Both the position numbers and the translations under genes were made by a program. Below, in pieces: positions 17,584-27,129 of a stretch of DNA of 64,000 nt; position 1 is the stretch's first letter, and each line of letters begins with the position of its first letter. The notes beneath the pieces were generated by a model. It was not told the origin of the DNA, ran no database searches, and was given only the letters and a program-made list of their open reading frames with translations. Source of the stretch: Bacteroidales bacterium (GTDB lineage Bacteria > Bacteroidota > Bacteroidia > Bacteroidales > UBA12077); the NCBI GenBank assembly GCA_028282785.1, contig JANQHE010000061.1, forward strand, positions 195,170 through 259,169, given 5' to 3'.

Positions 17584-20500
17584 TTATTTTATATCAACTT
17601 CAATCCATTTGGATCGATCAGGATCAGCCGGGATTTTTGGTTCTTTCACCGGGTTTTCTTCCAGCTCTTTCAATAACTCCTCAACTGCTTTTTCAATACA
17701 TGGATCAATTCCTTTTGCTGTTAAATGAGGCTCGTCAACAACTTCAATATCCGGATAAACACCTATTCCTTCAATAATCCATTCGTCATCTTCAAAAATA
17801 CCAAACCTTGGAACTGCAATGTATCCACCATCAACAAGCCCTGCATTTCCACTTATACCAACTAATCCTCCCCAGGTTCTGGTTCCGATTAATTTTCCCA
17901 ATCCTTTTTGTCTGAAGAAATATGGGAAAGCATCACCACCGGACGAAGAATAACCATTAATAAGCATAGCTTTTGGTCCATTATGAGCTATATTATGATA
18001 TTTCATAGGCTGTAAACCATTTCTATGCCAGTAACTTTGTGTTGTACGATTAAGCATATCTACCATATTTACAGGAATAAATCCACCACCATTATATCTG
18101 TCATCAATAATTAAGGCTTCCTTATGATGTTGTTCGTACATTCCTCTATGCAGTTCATAATTTCCTTCAAATGCAGTATTTGGTACATGTATATAACCAA
18201 TTCTACCACCTGATAATTTTTCAACCATCTTTCTTCTTTCATTTACCCAGTTTAAGTAGAATAAGTTAAGTTCGCTGCTGATTGTTTTTACTGTATAGGT
18301 TTTTGCACCTGTCGCTGAAGGTGTAGAGTTTACAGTTACCTCAATATGCTTGTTAGCTGTATTCTCCAGGAATTTATAAGGATTATCGGCCAACGTAACA
18401 TTATGTCCGTTTAAATTAATGAGATAATCTCCTTCCTTTATATCTATTCCTTGTTCTGTTAAAGGAGAACGGCGCTCATCATTCCAGTTTTCACCTTTAT
18501 AGATCTTTGATATGATATAACGGTTTGCACTTTCATCAGCTTTAAATTCCGCACCCAATAATCCACCATTTATTCTATCAACTCTTTCAAAGTCTCCATA
18601 ATTATCATAAGCATGTCCGGTATTTGATTCTGCAATTATTTCACCGAAAATATAATCTAAATCAGCTCTATGACTAACATATGGTAGTAGTTGAGCATAC
18701 TTGGCTTTTAGTCCGGTCCAATCAACATTATGAAGATTGGAAACATAAAAATAGTCTCTGAATATTCTCCATCCATCCGTATAAATTTGTTCCCATTCTT
18801 TTTTAGGATCTATTTTCATTTCAAGATTACTCAAATCTAATTTTCCATCACCTGCTTTTTGGTTAGGCGATATGCCAACAATACCATATTCACCATTCGC
18901 TTTGTAAATCATCTTTTTACCATCAGCAGAAACAGTTGCACCCATTACATGGGCGATAATTAGCTCATCTTTTTCTTTTTTAATATCATACTTACGCAAT
19001 CCATCTTCTCCTCCGTATAACACTCCACCTTCAACAGCCTCAAGAAAAAAGTAATTACCATCCATAACAGGCAGGTCCATTACCCGATTCTCAATTCCGG
19101 CAAAATCAATAGTTATGTTTAGCTCTTCAGTTTTATCCTCTTCCTTACCGTTCTTCTTCTTATCTTTTGAAGGAGCTTCTTCCGATTTTACATTAACCTC
19201 ATCATTTTTGAATTTGAATAACTTTGGACTGTCCTTTCTAAGAGCCAGGGCATATATTCTTGTCGCTTTATTATAAAGATATGTAAACTCATAACTTGAA
19301 AAATTCAAGTTAAAATCTCTGTTAGATAAAAAGAAAATGTAATTTCCATCTTTAGAAAATGCAGGACTAAACTCATTGAAAGTGTCGCCTGTTAATTTAT
19401 GATTTTGTCCTGAAGCGATGTTATAAACCCAAATAGCAGTATTGCTATTTTCACTATCATTAGTATAAACAATCCATTTTGAATCAGGAGAAAACTTATA
19501 ATCTCTGATTTCGTTAGCATTTGCGCTTGCTACATTTTTTATAGTGCCAGTGTTTACATCTAATAGTTTAAGTTTTAACGTGCGATCTGAAAATAATAAA
19601 TACTTGTTATCCGGAGACCAAATAGGTTCATAGATCCATGCTTTTGAGTTAGAAGTGATCTTTCTTGCTTTGGCACCTTTCTTATTTTCCAATAGATAAA
19701 TCTCATATTCACCGGTTTGATCTGATACATAAGAAATATATTTTCCATTCGGCGACCAGTTAGGATACATTTCGCGTATACCTTGAGTTTTAGTAAGATT
19801 TATTGTAAATCCATTTTCAGCCGGAACAGAGAAAATATCTCCACGTGCATCAAATAAAGCACGTTTTCCTCCAGGTGATATGGATGCGCTTTCGATAAAT
19901 TTCTTTACATTTTTATAATATGGAATAATGTTAGGATTATCGAAACTAAGGTTCACAGTTACTTTTTCTGTATTTCCGGTCTCAAGATCCAATGTATAAA
20001 TATATCCGCCATTTTCGTATGCTATCATTCCATTTTCGCCGGATGGCCACATAACATCAAATTCGGAATGAGTTGTGATTTGTTTTATATCTTTAGAGTC
20101 AATGTCGTAGCTATAAATATTCAAAGTTAGATCTCTGTCTGAGGCGAAATAAATTTTGTTTCCATACCACACAGGTATTTGATCTGTTCCAACAAAATCA
20201 GTAATCTTTTCCGACATGTTATTTTCCAGATCATAGATCCAAATATCAGAAGCACGACCTCCTTTGTAGCGTTTCCATGTACGGAATTCCCTACTAATAG
20301 GGGCAAATGCAAGTTTCTTGGCATCCGGCGATAATACTCCAAATCCTCCGTCAGTAATTTGAAAAGGTTTTTCCAAACCTCCTTCAATACCAACTAAATA
20401 ATACTTTCCATTTCTTTCTCCAAAAGGAGTTCTATTCATTCTAACCAGAATGTTCTTGCTGTCCGGAGTCCAGTCTAATACAACATTATCCCAACCACCG

Positions 20501-20850
20501 CGGGGAGGCATTTCGCCAACATCATTGTAATAAGTCAATTGTTTTGGAGTTCCACCTTTTGATGACATTACATAAACTTGTCTGCTTCCTGAATATTCGG
20601 CAGAAAAAGCAATCCACTGTCCATCTGGCGAAATTTTGGGAAATAATTCCAATCCTTTGTGAGATGTCAGTCTAACCGCATCACCACCATTCGCGTTTAC
20701 TGTCCAGATATCACCTGCATAAACAAATGCAATTAAATCATTATTGATATCGGGAAAACGCATTAATCGAGAATCATTTTCAGCTCTAATTATTGTAATA
20801 GAGCACAAAATCATAGCTGTAAATAAAATTAGGGATTTTAATTTTTGCAT
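17584..20850 (-). CDS. Tricorn-protease-like S41 family peptidase (beta-propellers plus PDZ plus S41 domain)
   Basis: 1088 aa with a signal peptide. It has repeated TolB/WD40-like propeller motifs (ISPDGQWIAF, LSPDAKKLAF, WSPNGKYISY, FSPDSKWIVY) and a C-terminal S41-like region (NGYSSSGGDAFPYFF, TWGGLVG). Confidence 0.85.
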   Translation of the reverse strand: MQKLKSLILFTAMILCSITIIRAENDSRLMRFPDINNDLIAFVYAGDIWTVNANGGDAVRLTSHKGLELFPKISPDGQWIAFSAEYSGSRQVYVMSSKGGTPKQLTYYNDVGEMPPRGGWDNVVLDWTPDSKNILVRMNRTPFGERNGKYYLVGIEGGLEKPFQITDGGFGVLSPDAKKLAFAPISREFRTWKRYKGGRASDIWIYDLENNMSEKITDFVGTDQIPVWYGNKIYFASDRDLTLNIYSYDIDSKDIKQITTHSEFDVMWPSGENGMIAYENGGYIYTLDLETGNTEKVTVNLSFDNPNIIPYYKNVKKFIESASISPGGKRALFDARGDIFSVPAENGFTINLTKTQGIREMYPNWSPNGKYISYVSDQTGEYEIYLLENKKGAKARKITSNSKAWIYEPIWSPDNKYLLFSDRTLKLKLLDVNTGTIKNVASANANEIRDYKFSPDSKWIVYTNDSENSNTAIWVYNIASGQNHKLTGDTFNEFSPAFSKDGNYIFFLSNRDFNLNFSSYEFTYLYNKATRIYALALRKDSPKLFKFKNDEVNVKSEEAPSKDKKKNGKEEDKTEELNITIDFAGIENRVMDLPVMDGNYFFLEAVEGGVLYGGEDGLRKYDIKKEKDELIIAHVMGATVSADGKKMIYKANGEYGIVGISPNQKAGDGKLDLSNLEMKIDPKKEWEQIYTDGWRIFRDYFYVSNLHNVDWTGLKAKYAQLLPYVSHRADLDYIFGEIIAESNTGHAYDNYGDFERVDRINGGLLGAEFKADESANRYIISKIYKGENWNDERRSPLTEQGIDIKEGDYLINLNGHNVTLADNPYKFLENTANKHIEVTVNSTPSATGAKTYTVKTISSELNLFYLNWVNERRKMVEKLSGGRIGYIHVPNTAFEGNYELHRGMYEQHHKEALIIDDRYNGGGFIPVNMVDMLNRTTQSYWHRNGLQPMKYHNIAHNGPKAMLINGYSSSGGDAFPYFFRQKGLGKLIGTRTWGGLVGISGNAGLVDGGYIAVPRFGIFEDDEWIIEGIGVYPDIEVVDEPHLTAKGIDPCIEKAVEELLKELEENPVKEPKIPADPDRSKWIEVDIK

Positions 20851-20965
20851 ATTAATTAATTTATTTGTTAAGTTTAATTCTTCTCTTTATAGATAACTAT
20901 TAAATAAGAAAGTTTAAAAAAAGTAGTACATTCGAATCATCAATTTGTTTAAAATAAGAACTGTG

Positions 20966-21298
20966 ATGGACGAAAAAACAATAAACGAAATTAAGGAAAA
21001 AATTATTATAGAGATTGAAAAAACCGAAAATTCGATTATTGAATATAAAGAAATTACCAAACCAATAGCCCCTGAAAATGCAATTGGAAGAATTTCCAGG
21101 ATGGATGCTATAAATAATAAAAGTGTAGCGGAAGCTGCTCTTAGAAAAGCAGAGGAAAAGCTCTCTAAATTAAAATATATGTTAAAGCAGGTAGGAGAAG
21201 ATGATTTTGGAATTTGTGCGAAATGTAAAAAACAAATTCCAATTGGAAGAATTTTGTTGATGCCGCAAAGTAGATACTGTGTAAATTGTGCATCGTAA
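20966..21298 (+). CDS. DksA/TraR-family C4 zinc-finger protein
   Basis: C-terminal CAKCKKQIPIGRILLMPQSRYCVNC. The ATG at 20966 is preferred over the TTG at 20945. Confidence 0.75.
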   Translation: MDEKTINEIKEKIIIEIEKTENSIIEYKEITKPIAPENAIGRISRMDAINNKSVAEAALRKAEEKLSKLKYMLKQVGEDDFGICAKCKKQIPIGRILLMPQSRYCVNCAS

Positions 21299-21310
21299 TA
21301 ATTTTCTAAA

Positions 21311-22279
21311 ATGAACCGAATCGACCGATTAACGGCAATATTAATTCATTTGCAATCAAAAAAAGTTGTTACGGCAAGTGAAATAGCTGATCGTTTTAAT
21401 ATTAGTAAAAGAACGGTTTACCGGGATATAAGAGCATTGGAAGAAGCCGGAATACCAATTGGTTCGGAGGCGGGTTTAGGTTATTTTATAGTTGACAGTT
21501 ATCACTTACCACCTGTGGGATTTTCAAAGGAAGAGGCAAGCGCACTATTAATTGCCAATAAACTTACGGAAAAATTGACCGACCGGAATCTTCAGGAAAA
21601 TCTGAACTCTGCGCTGTTCAAGATTAGATCAATCCTTAATGTTTCCGAAAAAGAATTCGTAGAAAAGATTGATCAACATATTGAAGTTTTTAGTTCTTCA
21701 CCGATCTTAAAGGAAAGCTTGCCTGAAAAAGTTATGGACACTATACTTAAAGGAGTTGATAAAAAGTTAACTCTAAAACTAACTTATAAATCATTTTCAA
21801 AGAATGAAGATACCTGCAGGGAAGTGGAACCTATCGGAATTTGCCATTACAGTTTTAATTGGCATTTAATAGCATATTGTAAGTTAAGAAATGATTACAG
21901 GGATTTTAGAATTGACAGGATAAAAAATATCCAACTTACTCAGGAAAAATTCACTCAAGAGAACAAACCTTCTATCCGTGATTATTTTAAAAATATAACT
22001 TCCAATAATGAAGTGTTTTTAGTAAAATTATTATTTAATAAAAGTATTCTGTCAGAAATCAATCAGGCTAAATTCTATTTTGGTTTTATCGAGGAGAGAG
22101 ATTTGGGAGAACAAATTGAAATGAGTTTTTTATGTAATTCGGAAGATTACATTGGAAAATGGGTAATTACCTTGTTGGATAAAGTTGAAATTCTTGAACC
22201 GGAATCACTTAAGTCTTATGTCATCAATTTAGTAGAAACACTTCAAAAAAAATATAAACCTGGCCGGACATATTCTTAA
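21311..22279 (+). CDS. YafY-family transcriptional regulator (HTH plus WYL-type domain)
   Basis: N-terminal HTH ISKRTVYRDIRALEEAGIPI. Length and central region are typical of HTH-WYL regulators. Confidence 0.75.
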   Translation: MNRIDRLTAILIHLQSKKVVTASEIADRFNISKRTVYRDIRALEEAGIPIGSEAGLGYFIVDSYHLPPVGFSKEEASALLIANKLTEKLTDRNLQENLNSALFKIRSILNVSEKEFVEKIDQHIEVFSSSPILKESLPEKVMDTILKGVDKKLTLKLTYKSFSKNEDTCREVEPIGICHYSFNWHLIAYCKLRNDYRDFRIDRIKNIQLTQEKFTQENKPSIRDYFKNITSNNEVFLVKLLFNKSILSEINQAKFYFGFIEERDLGEQIEMSFLCNSEDYIGKWVITLLDKVEILEPESLKSYVINLVETLQKKYKPGRTYS

Positions 22280-22539
22280 ATAGTATGGAACTTACAATAT
22301 TTATGAATAACGCAGGCAACCCAAGAAGATTAATGTCATGGTGTGACCGAAGCGTCATCACTTAACAAGAAATAATGCATAATAAAATTGACAAATTACT
22401 TATTATGTCTTCGTTACAAGATTAATCACTCCTTTCAGTGGTGAAAAGTTCATAAACTTTATCAATTCATCAGGCTAGTTGACATACTGTTGTCACAATT
22501 CAGATCCATCTTTGTTATATATTAAAAACTGATAAAAAG

Positions 22540-22983
22540 ATGGAAATAAAACAAGTGAATCAAACTAAAGTATTTGGTGAAGAAATCAAAACCACTTTAA
22601 AAAAGGTGGGCGAACACGTAAAAGTGTTACCTGAATCTATAGCGACAGAAATGCATCAAAGAGGATTCAAGATTGAAGGGCCTCAAGTATGGATTTACAA
22701 TGGAACAGATGGAAATCCTGAAACGGAATTTGATCTTTTGGTAGGTTTTCCGGTTTCGGAAAAAGCAATGGATCACAAAATTACGGCACTTGATGGTTTT
22801 AAATGTGCTACTATAATGCACAAAGGGGATTGGGCCAGGTTTCCCGAATCATATGGAAAAATTATAGGTGAATTAACGCAAAAAGGAGTGCAAATGACCG
22901 GTGAGTGCCGGGAGGTTTATCATCAGATTGATTTCGAGAATGTTGACAATAACTTGACTGAAATACAAGTTGGTATTAAATAA
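22540..22983 (+). CDS. Small GyrI-like / effector-binding-fold protein (tentative)
   Basis: 147-aa ORF. The resemblance to GyrI-like small-molecule-binding domains is by eye only. Confidence 0.45.
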   Translation: MEIKQVNQTKVFGEEIKTTLKKVGEHVKVLPESIATEMHQRGFKIEGPQVWIYNGTDGNPETEFDLLVGFPVSEKAMDHKITALDGFKCATIMHKGDWARFPESYGKIIGELTQKGVQMTGECREVYHQIDFENVDNNLTEIQVGIK

Positions 22984-23026
22984 TAATGTCTTAAATAAAG
23001 AGAATAAAGTTTCTAATTAAACCAAA

Positions 23027-23401
23027 ATGATTATGAAAACAAAAAGATTATTAATTACAACAATTTTAGGTGTAGCCGCTGGATTTGCATGTTATGGAAT
23101 GGCATCAAGCGGACAAAACGAAGTTCCAACTATACTGGCGGTAAACATTATTTTAGGTAGAACACTTATTGGTTTTGGCATTGGAATAAGTCGCTTTTCG
23201 CTAAAACATTGGTCAATACATGGAATAATAATGGGCTTGGTTTTTAGTCTGCCTGCCGGATTTGGCGCTATGCTGGGGCCTGAAATCCCGGAGTTCAGTA
23301 AAACGATGTTATTTACTTCTACAGTTGTAATGGGTATCATTTATGGATTCTTGATTGAGTTAATCACTACAGTGATTTTTAAAGCCAAAATGGTTGAGTA
23401 G
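23027..23401 (+). CDS. Small integral membrane protein (about 4 TM helices)
   Basis: 124 aa, hydrophobic throughout. No family recognised. Confidence 0.5.
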   Translation: MIMKTKRLLITTILGVAAGFACYGMASSGQNEVPTILAVNIILGRTLIGFGIGISRFSLKHWSIHGIIMGLVFSLPAGFGAMLGPEIPEFSKTMLFTSTVVMGIIYGFLIELITTVIFKAKMVE

Positions 23402-23425
23402 ACACTCACATTCAAAATAATTGTT

Positions 23426-23785
23426 ATGAATAAAGAAATATTAACAGATAAGAAACTAGTTAGTTTTTGTGGATTATATTGTGGCTCTTGCGGCAAGTAC
23501 CTTAAAGGTAAATGTGCCGGATGTACGGAAAATGAGAAAGCTGCCTGGTGTAAGATTCGTAAATGTTGCCTGGCAAAAGGAATAAATAGTTGTGCCGAAT
23601 GCGATGAATATTCTGATGTTAAGGAATGTAAGGTGTTCGATAATTTTGTTGCTAAAATGTTTGAGTTTGTTTTCAAATCGGAAAGAAAAGCAGGAATTAG
23701 AATGATAAAAGATTCAGGGTATGAAAAATTTGCAAAATACATGGCAGAAAACAAACTGGTCTCAATGAAAAGATCAAAAAACTAG
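23426..23785 (+). CDS. Cys-rich DUF3795-like protein
   Basis: CGLYCGSCGKYLKGKCAGC...CKIRKCC...CAECDEY cysteine pattern. Confidence 0.6.
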   Translation: MNKEILTDKKLVSFCGLYCGSCGKYLKGKCAGCTENEKAAWCKIRKCCLAKGINSCAECDEYSDVKECKVFDNFVAKMFEFVFKSERKAGIRMIKDSGYEKFAKYMAENKLVSMKRSKN

Positions 23786-23813
23786 CATAAGTCGCAATAT
23801 TCGTAAGAATATG

Positions 23814-23842
23814 ACATCCATTGATTTAATGGATGTTTTTTT
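23814..23842 (+). terminator. Rho-independent terminator
   Basis: A 9-bp stem (acatccatt / aatggatgt) followed by a T-run. Confidence 0.75.
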
Positions 23843-23879
23843 GTAAATTTGATTATAGTTAAACTAATAACAGCTTATT

Positions 23880-24338
23880 ATGAAAATTCGAAACTTAATA
23901 ACAATTATTCTGGTGTTGGCTATTGTTTCTTGTCAAACAGATGAAAAACCGGAAATGTCATCACTTGTTAAACAGGAAAAATACAAAGATGGAATTTTTC
24001 TTCATATAAGCAGTGGTTATGAAAATCCACAAAAGATATCAATGGCTTTAAGCCTTGCGGTTAAAATGACTGAAACAAAAGACGTAGCTGTTTTTTTCGA
24101 TATTAATGGAGTTAAAGTACTGGCTAAAGATGCGGAAGATATCCAAATGGAGCATTTTTTTACAGTTCAAAATGCGTTAGATACGTTAATCAAGAAAAAT
24201 GTATTGATAATGGCCTGTCCAATGTGTTTAGCACAGGCAGAAATTAATGCTGATAATTTAAAAGAAGGAATAACCATAGCTGAAAAAGAAAAATTCTTCA
24301 GTTTTACCAAAGGACGCATCTTAACACTCAGTTATTAA
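23880..24338 (+). CDS. Lipoprotein, DsrE/DsrF-like (tentative)
   Basis: Lipobox LAIVSC. Its size and the ACPMC motif are reminiscent of the DsrE family. Confidence 0.45.
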   Translation: MKIRNLITIILVLAIVSCQTDEKPEMSSLVKQEKYKDGIFLHISSGYENPQKISMALSLAVKMTETKDVAVFFDINGVKVLAKDAEDIQMEHFFTVQNALDTLIKKNVLIMACPMCLAQAEINADNLKEGITIAEKEKFFSFTKGRILTLSY

Positions 24339-24431
24339 AAAAGAAATTTCATTTTATTGGATAAACCATAACTTAAAGTTAAAGTCTAATTTCGGACACT
24401 TTATTTATTAGGTTTTAAAAAATATAATGAA

Positions 24432-26795
24432 ATGATTACAAACTACCTGAAGACTGCATTTAGAAATCTAAAAAAACATACGGTATATTCATTTATAAAT
24501 ATTATTGGCCTGGCCATAGGTATGGCGTGCAGTATTCTTATTTTATTATGGGTACAGGATGAGTTAAAATTTGATGGATGGCATTCAAAAAACGATCGGG
24601 TTGAACGCGTTCTTGTTCGTATTATGAATAATGGAGTACCCTATGAAGTAGCTGTTACACCGGCTGCTCTTGCTCCAAATATGCAAAAAGATTTTCCTGA
24701 AATAGAATATGTATGCCGTTTTAAAAACTGGGGTACCTGGTTATTTAAATACCGGGATGGTGAATATATCGGGGCAAATAGTGGTGCTATTGACTCAACA
24801 GCTTTTAATATATTCGATTTTAAATTTATTTCAGGAAATCCTGAAAATGCTTTAACCGATGCGCATAGTGTTGTATTAACAGAAGAGGTAGCAAAGAGAA
24901 TTTTTGGTAAAGAAAATGCTTTGGGAAAGATTCTTGAAGTCAGGGGCCGTGGAGCTTTTAAAGTAACCGGTGTTATTGAAGATGTGACTCATTCACATTT
25001 TGACTTTGAATTTTTATTCCCGTTCCAGGTAATTAAAGACGATGGAGAAAATATTGATGAAATGGGGCAGGGGGCTTATAATTTTACTACCTATTACTTG
25101 CTTAAAAAACCAGGGTTATCGGAAAAAGTTAATGAAAAGTTAAAGACATATCTGGATAAATTTGATGAGGAAAATACCACGGAATTATTTAATCAGAGTA
25201 TTAAAGATATTTACCTTCGTTCAACTTTTGCTTATGATTTTACCTTTAGAGGTGATTTAAATAATGTAATAACATTTTCGGCCATTGCATTCCTGGTATT
25301 GCTAATTGCTTGTATAAATTTTATGAATTTGACAACGGCACGGTCCAGTAACAGAGCCAAAGAAATTGGATTGCGAAAAGTTGTAGGTGCAAAGCGAAAG
25401 ACTGTTGTAAGCCAGTTTTTTACAGAGTCATTATTTATGTCCTTACTATCTTTTATTATTGCCATGATTGTTGTTTTATTATTAATACCTAAATTCAATA
25501 ACATATCAGGAAAAGAACTAACTTCCGGCTTACTGTTAGAGCCATACGTTTTATCCATGTTAATTGGAATAGCTATAATTACAGGATTATTGGCTGGTAG
25601 CTACCCTGCGCTATATTTATCAGCATTTAACCCGATTAAGGTGTTAAAAGGTAAGTTAAGTACCGGAGCAAAAAGTTCTATGTTAAGAAAATCATTAGTA
25701 ATTGTTCAGTTTACTTTATCAGTAGCCCTGATTATCTCAACAATTCTAATTTCAGAGCAAATAAAGTTCATAAAAAATAAGGACCTTGGATATAATAAAC
25801 GGGAGCTTGTTTTTGTGGGAATGAATAGAAATATTAACCAAAATTACGAAATTATTAAACAGGAATTATTAAATAACCCTGGTATTAAAGCTGTCTCTAC
25901 AAGCCGTGTATTGCCTGTTTATGCATGCCCTTCATTTTCATTAGAAGAATGGGAAGGTAAAGAAGATGACAGGTCCATGACTTTACATTTTATAGGTATA
26001 GGTTATGATTTCTTTAAAACGATGGAAATTGATATTCTTCAGGGAAGAGCATTTAGTGAAGAATTTGCATCTGATACAATAAATTCGATAATAATTAATG
26101 AAGAAGCAGTAAGGCAGCTTCAAATGGATGAACCAGTTGGAAAAACCTTAAATGTATTCGGCCAGCAAAGCTATATAGTTGGTGTGATGAGGGATTTCAA
26201 TTTTAACAATGTAAAAAATAAAATTGCTCCTTTAATGTTACATATAGCACCTGAACAGGCACGGTTGTGCTTTATTCGTTTAAACCCTGGTTATTCGCAA
26301 GAAACACTGGATTTTATAAAAGATACCTGGAAATCTTTTGAACCAGACTTCGATTTTAATTATCATTTTATGGATGAAAGATTAGATAGCCTTTATAGAG
26401 CAGAACAGAGAAGTAATACTTTGATCAATTACTTTACGATTTTTGCAATATTTATATCTTGTTTGGGAATATTTGGATTAGCATCTTTTATGGCTGAACA
26501 AAAAACGAAAGAAATAGGTATTAGAAAAGTAATGGGAGCTTCGGTTCCGGTTATCGTAAAAATGTTTTCCACAGAGTTTACCAAACTTGTATTAATTGGT
26601 AATATTTTGGCTTGGCCATTGGCATATTACGCCATGAACAAATGGTTAGAGAATTTTGCATATCATACAACCCTAAAATGGTGGATGTTTATCTTGGGAG
26701 CTTTATTATCTGTTGTTGTAGTTTTATTTACAATTAGTTACCAGTCCTATAAAGCAGCAATAAAGAATCCGGCAATAAGTTTAAGATACGAATAA
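24432..26795 (+). CDS. Two-module FtsX/MacB-type ABC transporter permease
   Basis: 787 aa with two FtsX modules, each preceded by a large periplasmic domain. Paralog of 1..1634, 58928..61300 and 63147..64000. Confidence 0.9.
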   Translation: MITNYLKTAFRNLKKHTVYSFINIIGLAIGMACSILILLWVQDELKFDGWHSKNDRVERVLVRIMNNGVPYEVAVTPAALAPNMQKDFPEIEYVCRFKNWGTWLFKYRDGEYIGANSGAIDSTAFNIFDFKFISGNPENALTDAHSVVLTEEVAKRIFGKENALGKILEVRGRGAFKVTGVIEDVTHSHFDFEFLFPFQVIKDDGENIDEMGQGAYNFTTYYLLKKPGLSEKVNEKLKTYLDKFDEENTTELFNQSIKDIYLRSTFAYDFTFRGDLNNVITFSAIAFLVLLIACINFMNLTTARSSNRAKEIGLRKVVGAKRKTVVSQFFTESLFMSLLSFIIAMIVVLLLIPKFNNISGKELTSGLLLEPYVLSMLIGIAIITGLLAGSYPALYLSAFNPIKVLKGKLSTGAKSSMLRKSLVIVQFTLSVALIISTILISEQIKFIKNKDLGYNKRELVFVGMNRNINQNYEIIKQELLNNPGIKAVSTSRVLPVYACPSFSLEEWEGKEDDRSMTLHFIGIGYDFFKTMEIDILQGRAFSEEFASDTINSIIINEEAVRQLQMDEPVGKTLNVFGQQSYIVGVMRDFNFNNVKNKIAPLMLHIAPEQARLCFIRLNPGYSQETLDFIKDTWKSFEPDFDFNYHFMDERLDSLYRAEQRSNTLINYFTIFAIFISCLGIFGLASFMAEQKTKEIGIRKVMGASVPVIVKMFSTEFTKLVLIGNILAWPLAYYAMNKWLENFAYHTTLKWWMFILGALLSVVVVLFTISYQSYKAAIKNPAISLRYE

Positions 26796-26796
26796 T

Positions 26797-26827
26797 TTTG
26801 AATTTTAATTCAGAACTTCTATATTTG
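26797..26827 (+). promoter_or_regulatory. Bacteroidota-type promoter candidate for the asnA leader
   Basis: -33 TTTG (26797..26800), a 19-nt spacer, then a perfect -7 box TATATTTG (26820..26827), matching the TTG/TAnnTTTG consensus. It lies about 15 nt upstream of the leader ATG. Confidence 0.5.
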
Positions 26828-26842
26828 GTCAATTATTGACAA

Positions 26843-26920
26843 ATGATGATTCAAATTACTAATAATAACCTTTCTAATAATTCTGTAAATAATTCTTTAC
26901 GGATAGGAAGGCAGTTATAG
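26843..26920 (+). CDS. Asn-rich leader peptide 1 (25 aa) of the asnA attenuator
   Basis: MMIQITNNNLSNNSVNNSLRIGRQL then a stop. It has 7 Asn codons in three clusters. Its last codons cover ggaaggc (26906..26912), which is complementary to the left arm of the terminator that follows. Confidence 0.6.
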   Translation: MMIQITNNNLSNNSVNNSLRIGRQL

Positions 26921-26942
26921 TAATCAAAAATATAGATTTTGT

Positions 26943-26976
26943 AAAGCCTTCCATGAACGGAAGGCTTTTTTGTTTT
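26943..26976 (+). terminator. Attenuator terminator 1
   Basis: A 10-bp stem (aaagccttcc / ggaaggcttt) with a 6-nt loop and a T-run (tttgtttt). Confidence 0.75.
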
Positions 26977-26983
26977 AGTTTTT

Positions 26984-27031
26984 ATGATTTTTAACGGAAT
27001 AAATAACAATAATAATAATTCTCCTCCTTAG
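26984..27031 (+). CDS. Asn-rich leader peptide 2 (15 aa) of the asnA attenuator
   Basis: MIFNGINNNNNNSPP then a stop. Six consecutive Asn codons lie at 27002..27019. The stop codon abuts gcagggaagg (27031..27040), which can pair with ccttctctgc (27068..27077) in the terminator's left arm. Confidence 0.65.
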   Translation: MIFNGINNNNNNSPP

Positions 27032-27063
27032 CAGGGAAGGCGATAATCGTATTATATATATCG

Positions 27064-27096
27064 AAACCCTTCTCTGCATTGCATTGAAGGGTTTTT
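27064..27096 (+). terminator. Attenuator terminator 2
   Basis: A 9-bp stem (aaacccttc / gaagggttt), extra pairing inside the loop (tgc/gca), and a T-run. It lies 34 nt upstream of the asnA ATG. Confidence 0.75.
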
Positions 27097-27129
27097 AGTT
27101 GTATGTTAAACCCTTTTAAATAAATTAAA

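Noticed and set aside
17529-17777. 82-aa plus-strand ORF spanning the big hairpin and the 3' end of the tricorn-like gene.
   Set aside because: It begins inside a 16-bp palindrome and overlaps a well-supported minus-strand gene. It has low complexity and no motifs.
22479-22497. TGACA-N6-TGTCA inverted repeat upstream of the GyrI-like gene, as a possible YafY operator.
   Set aside because: The arms are only 5 bp, and there is no second copy or supporting promoter geometry.
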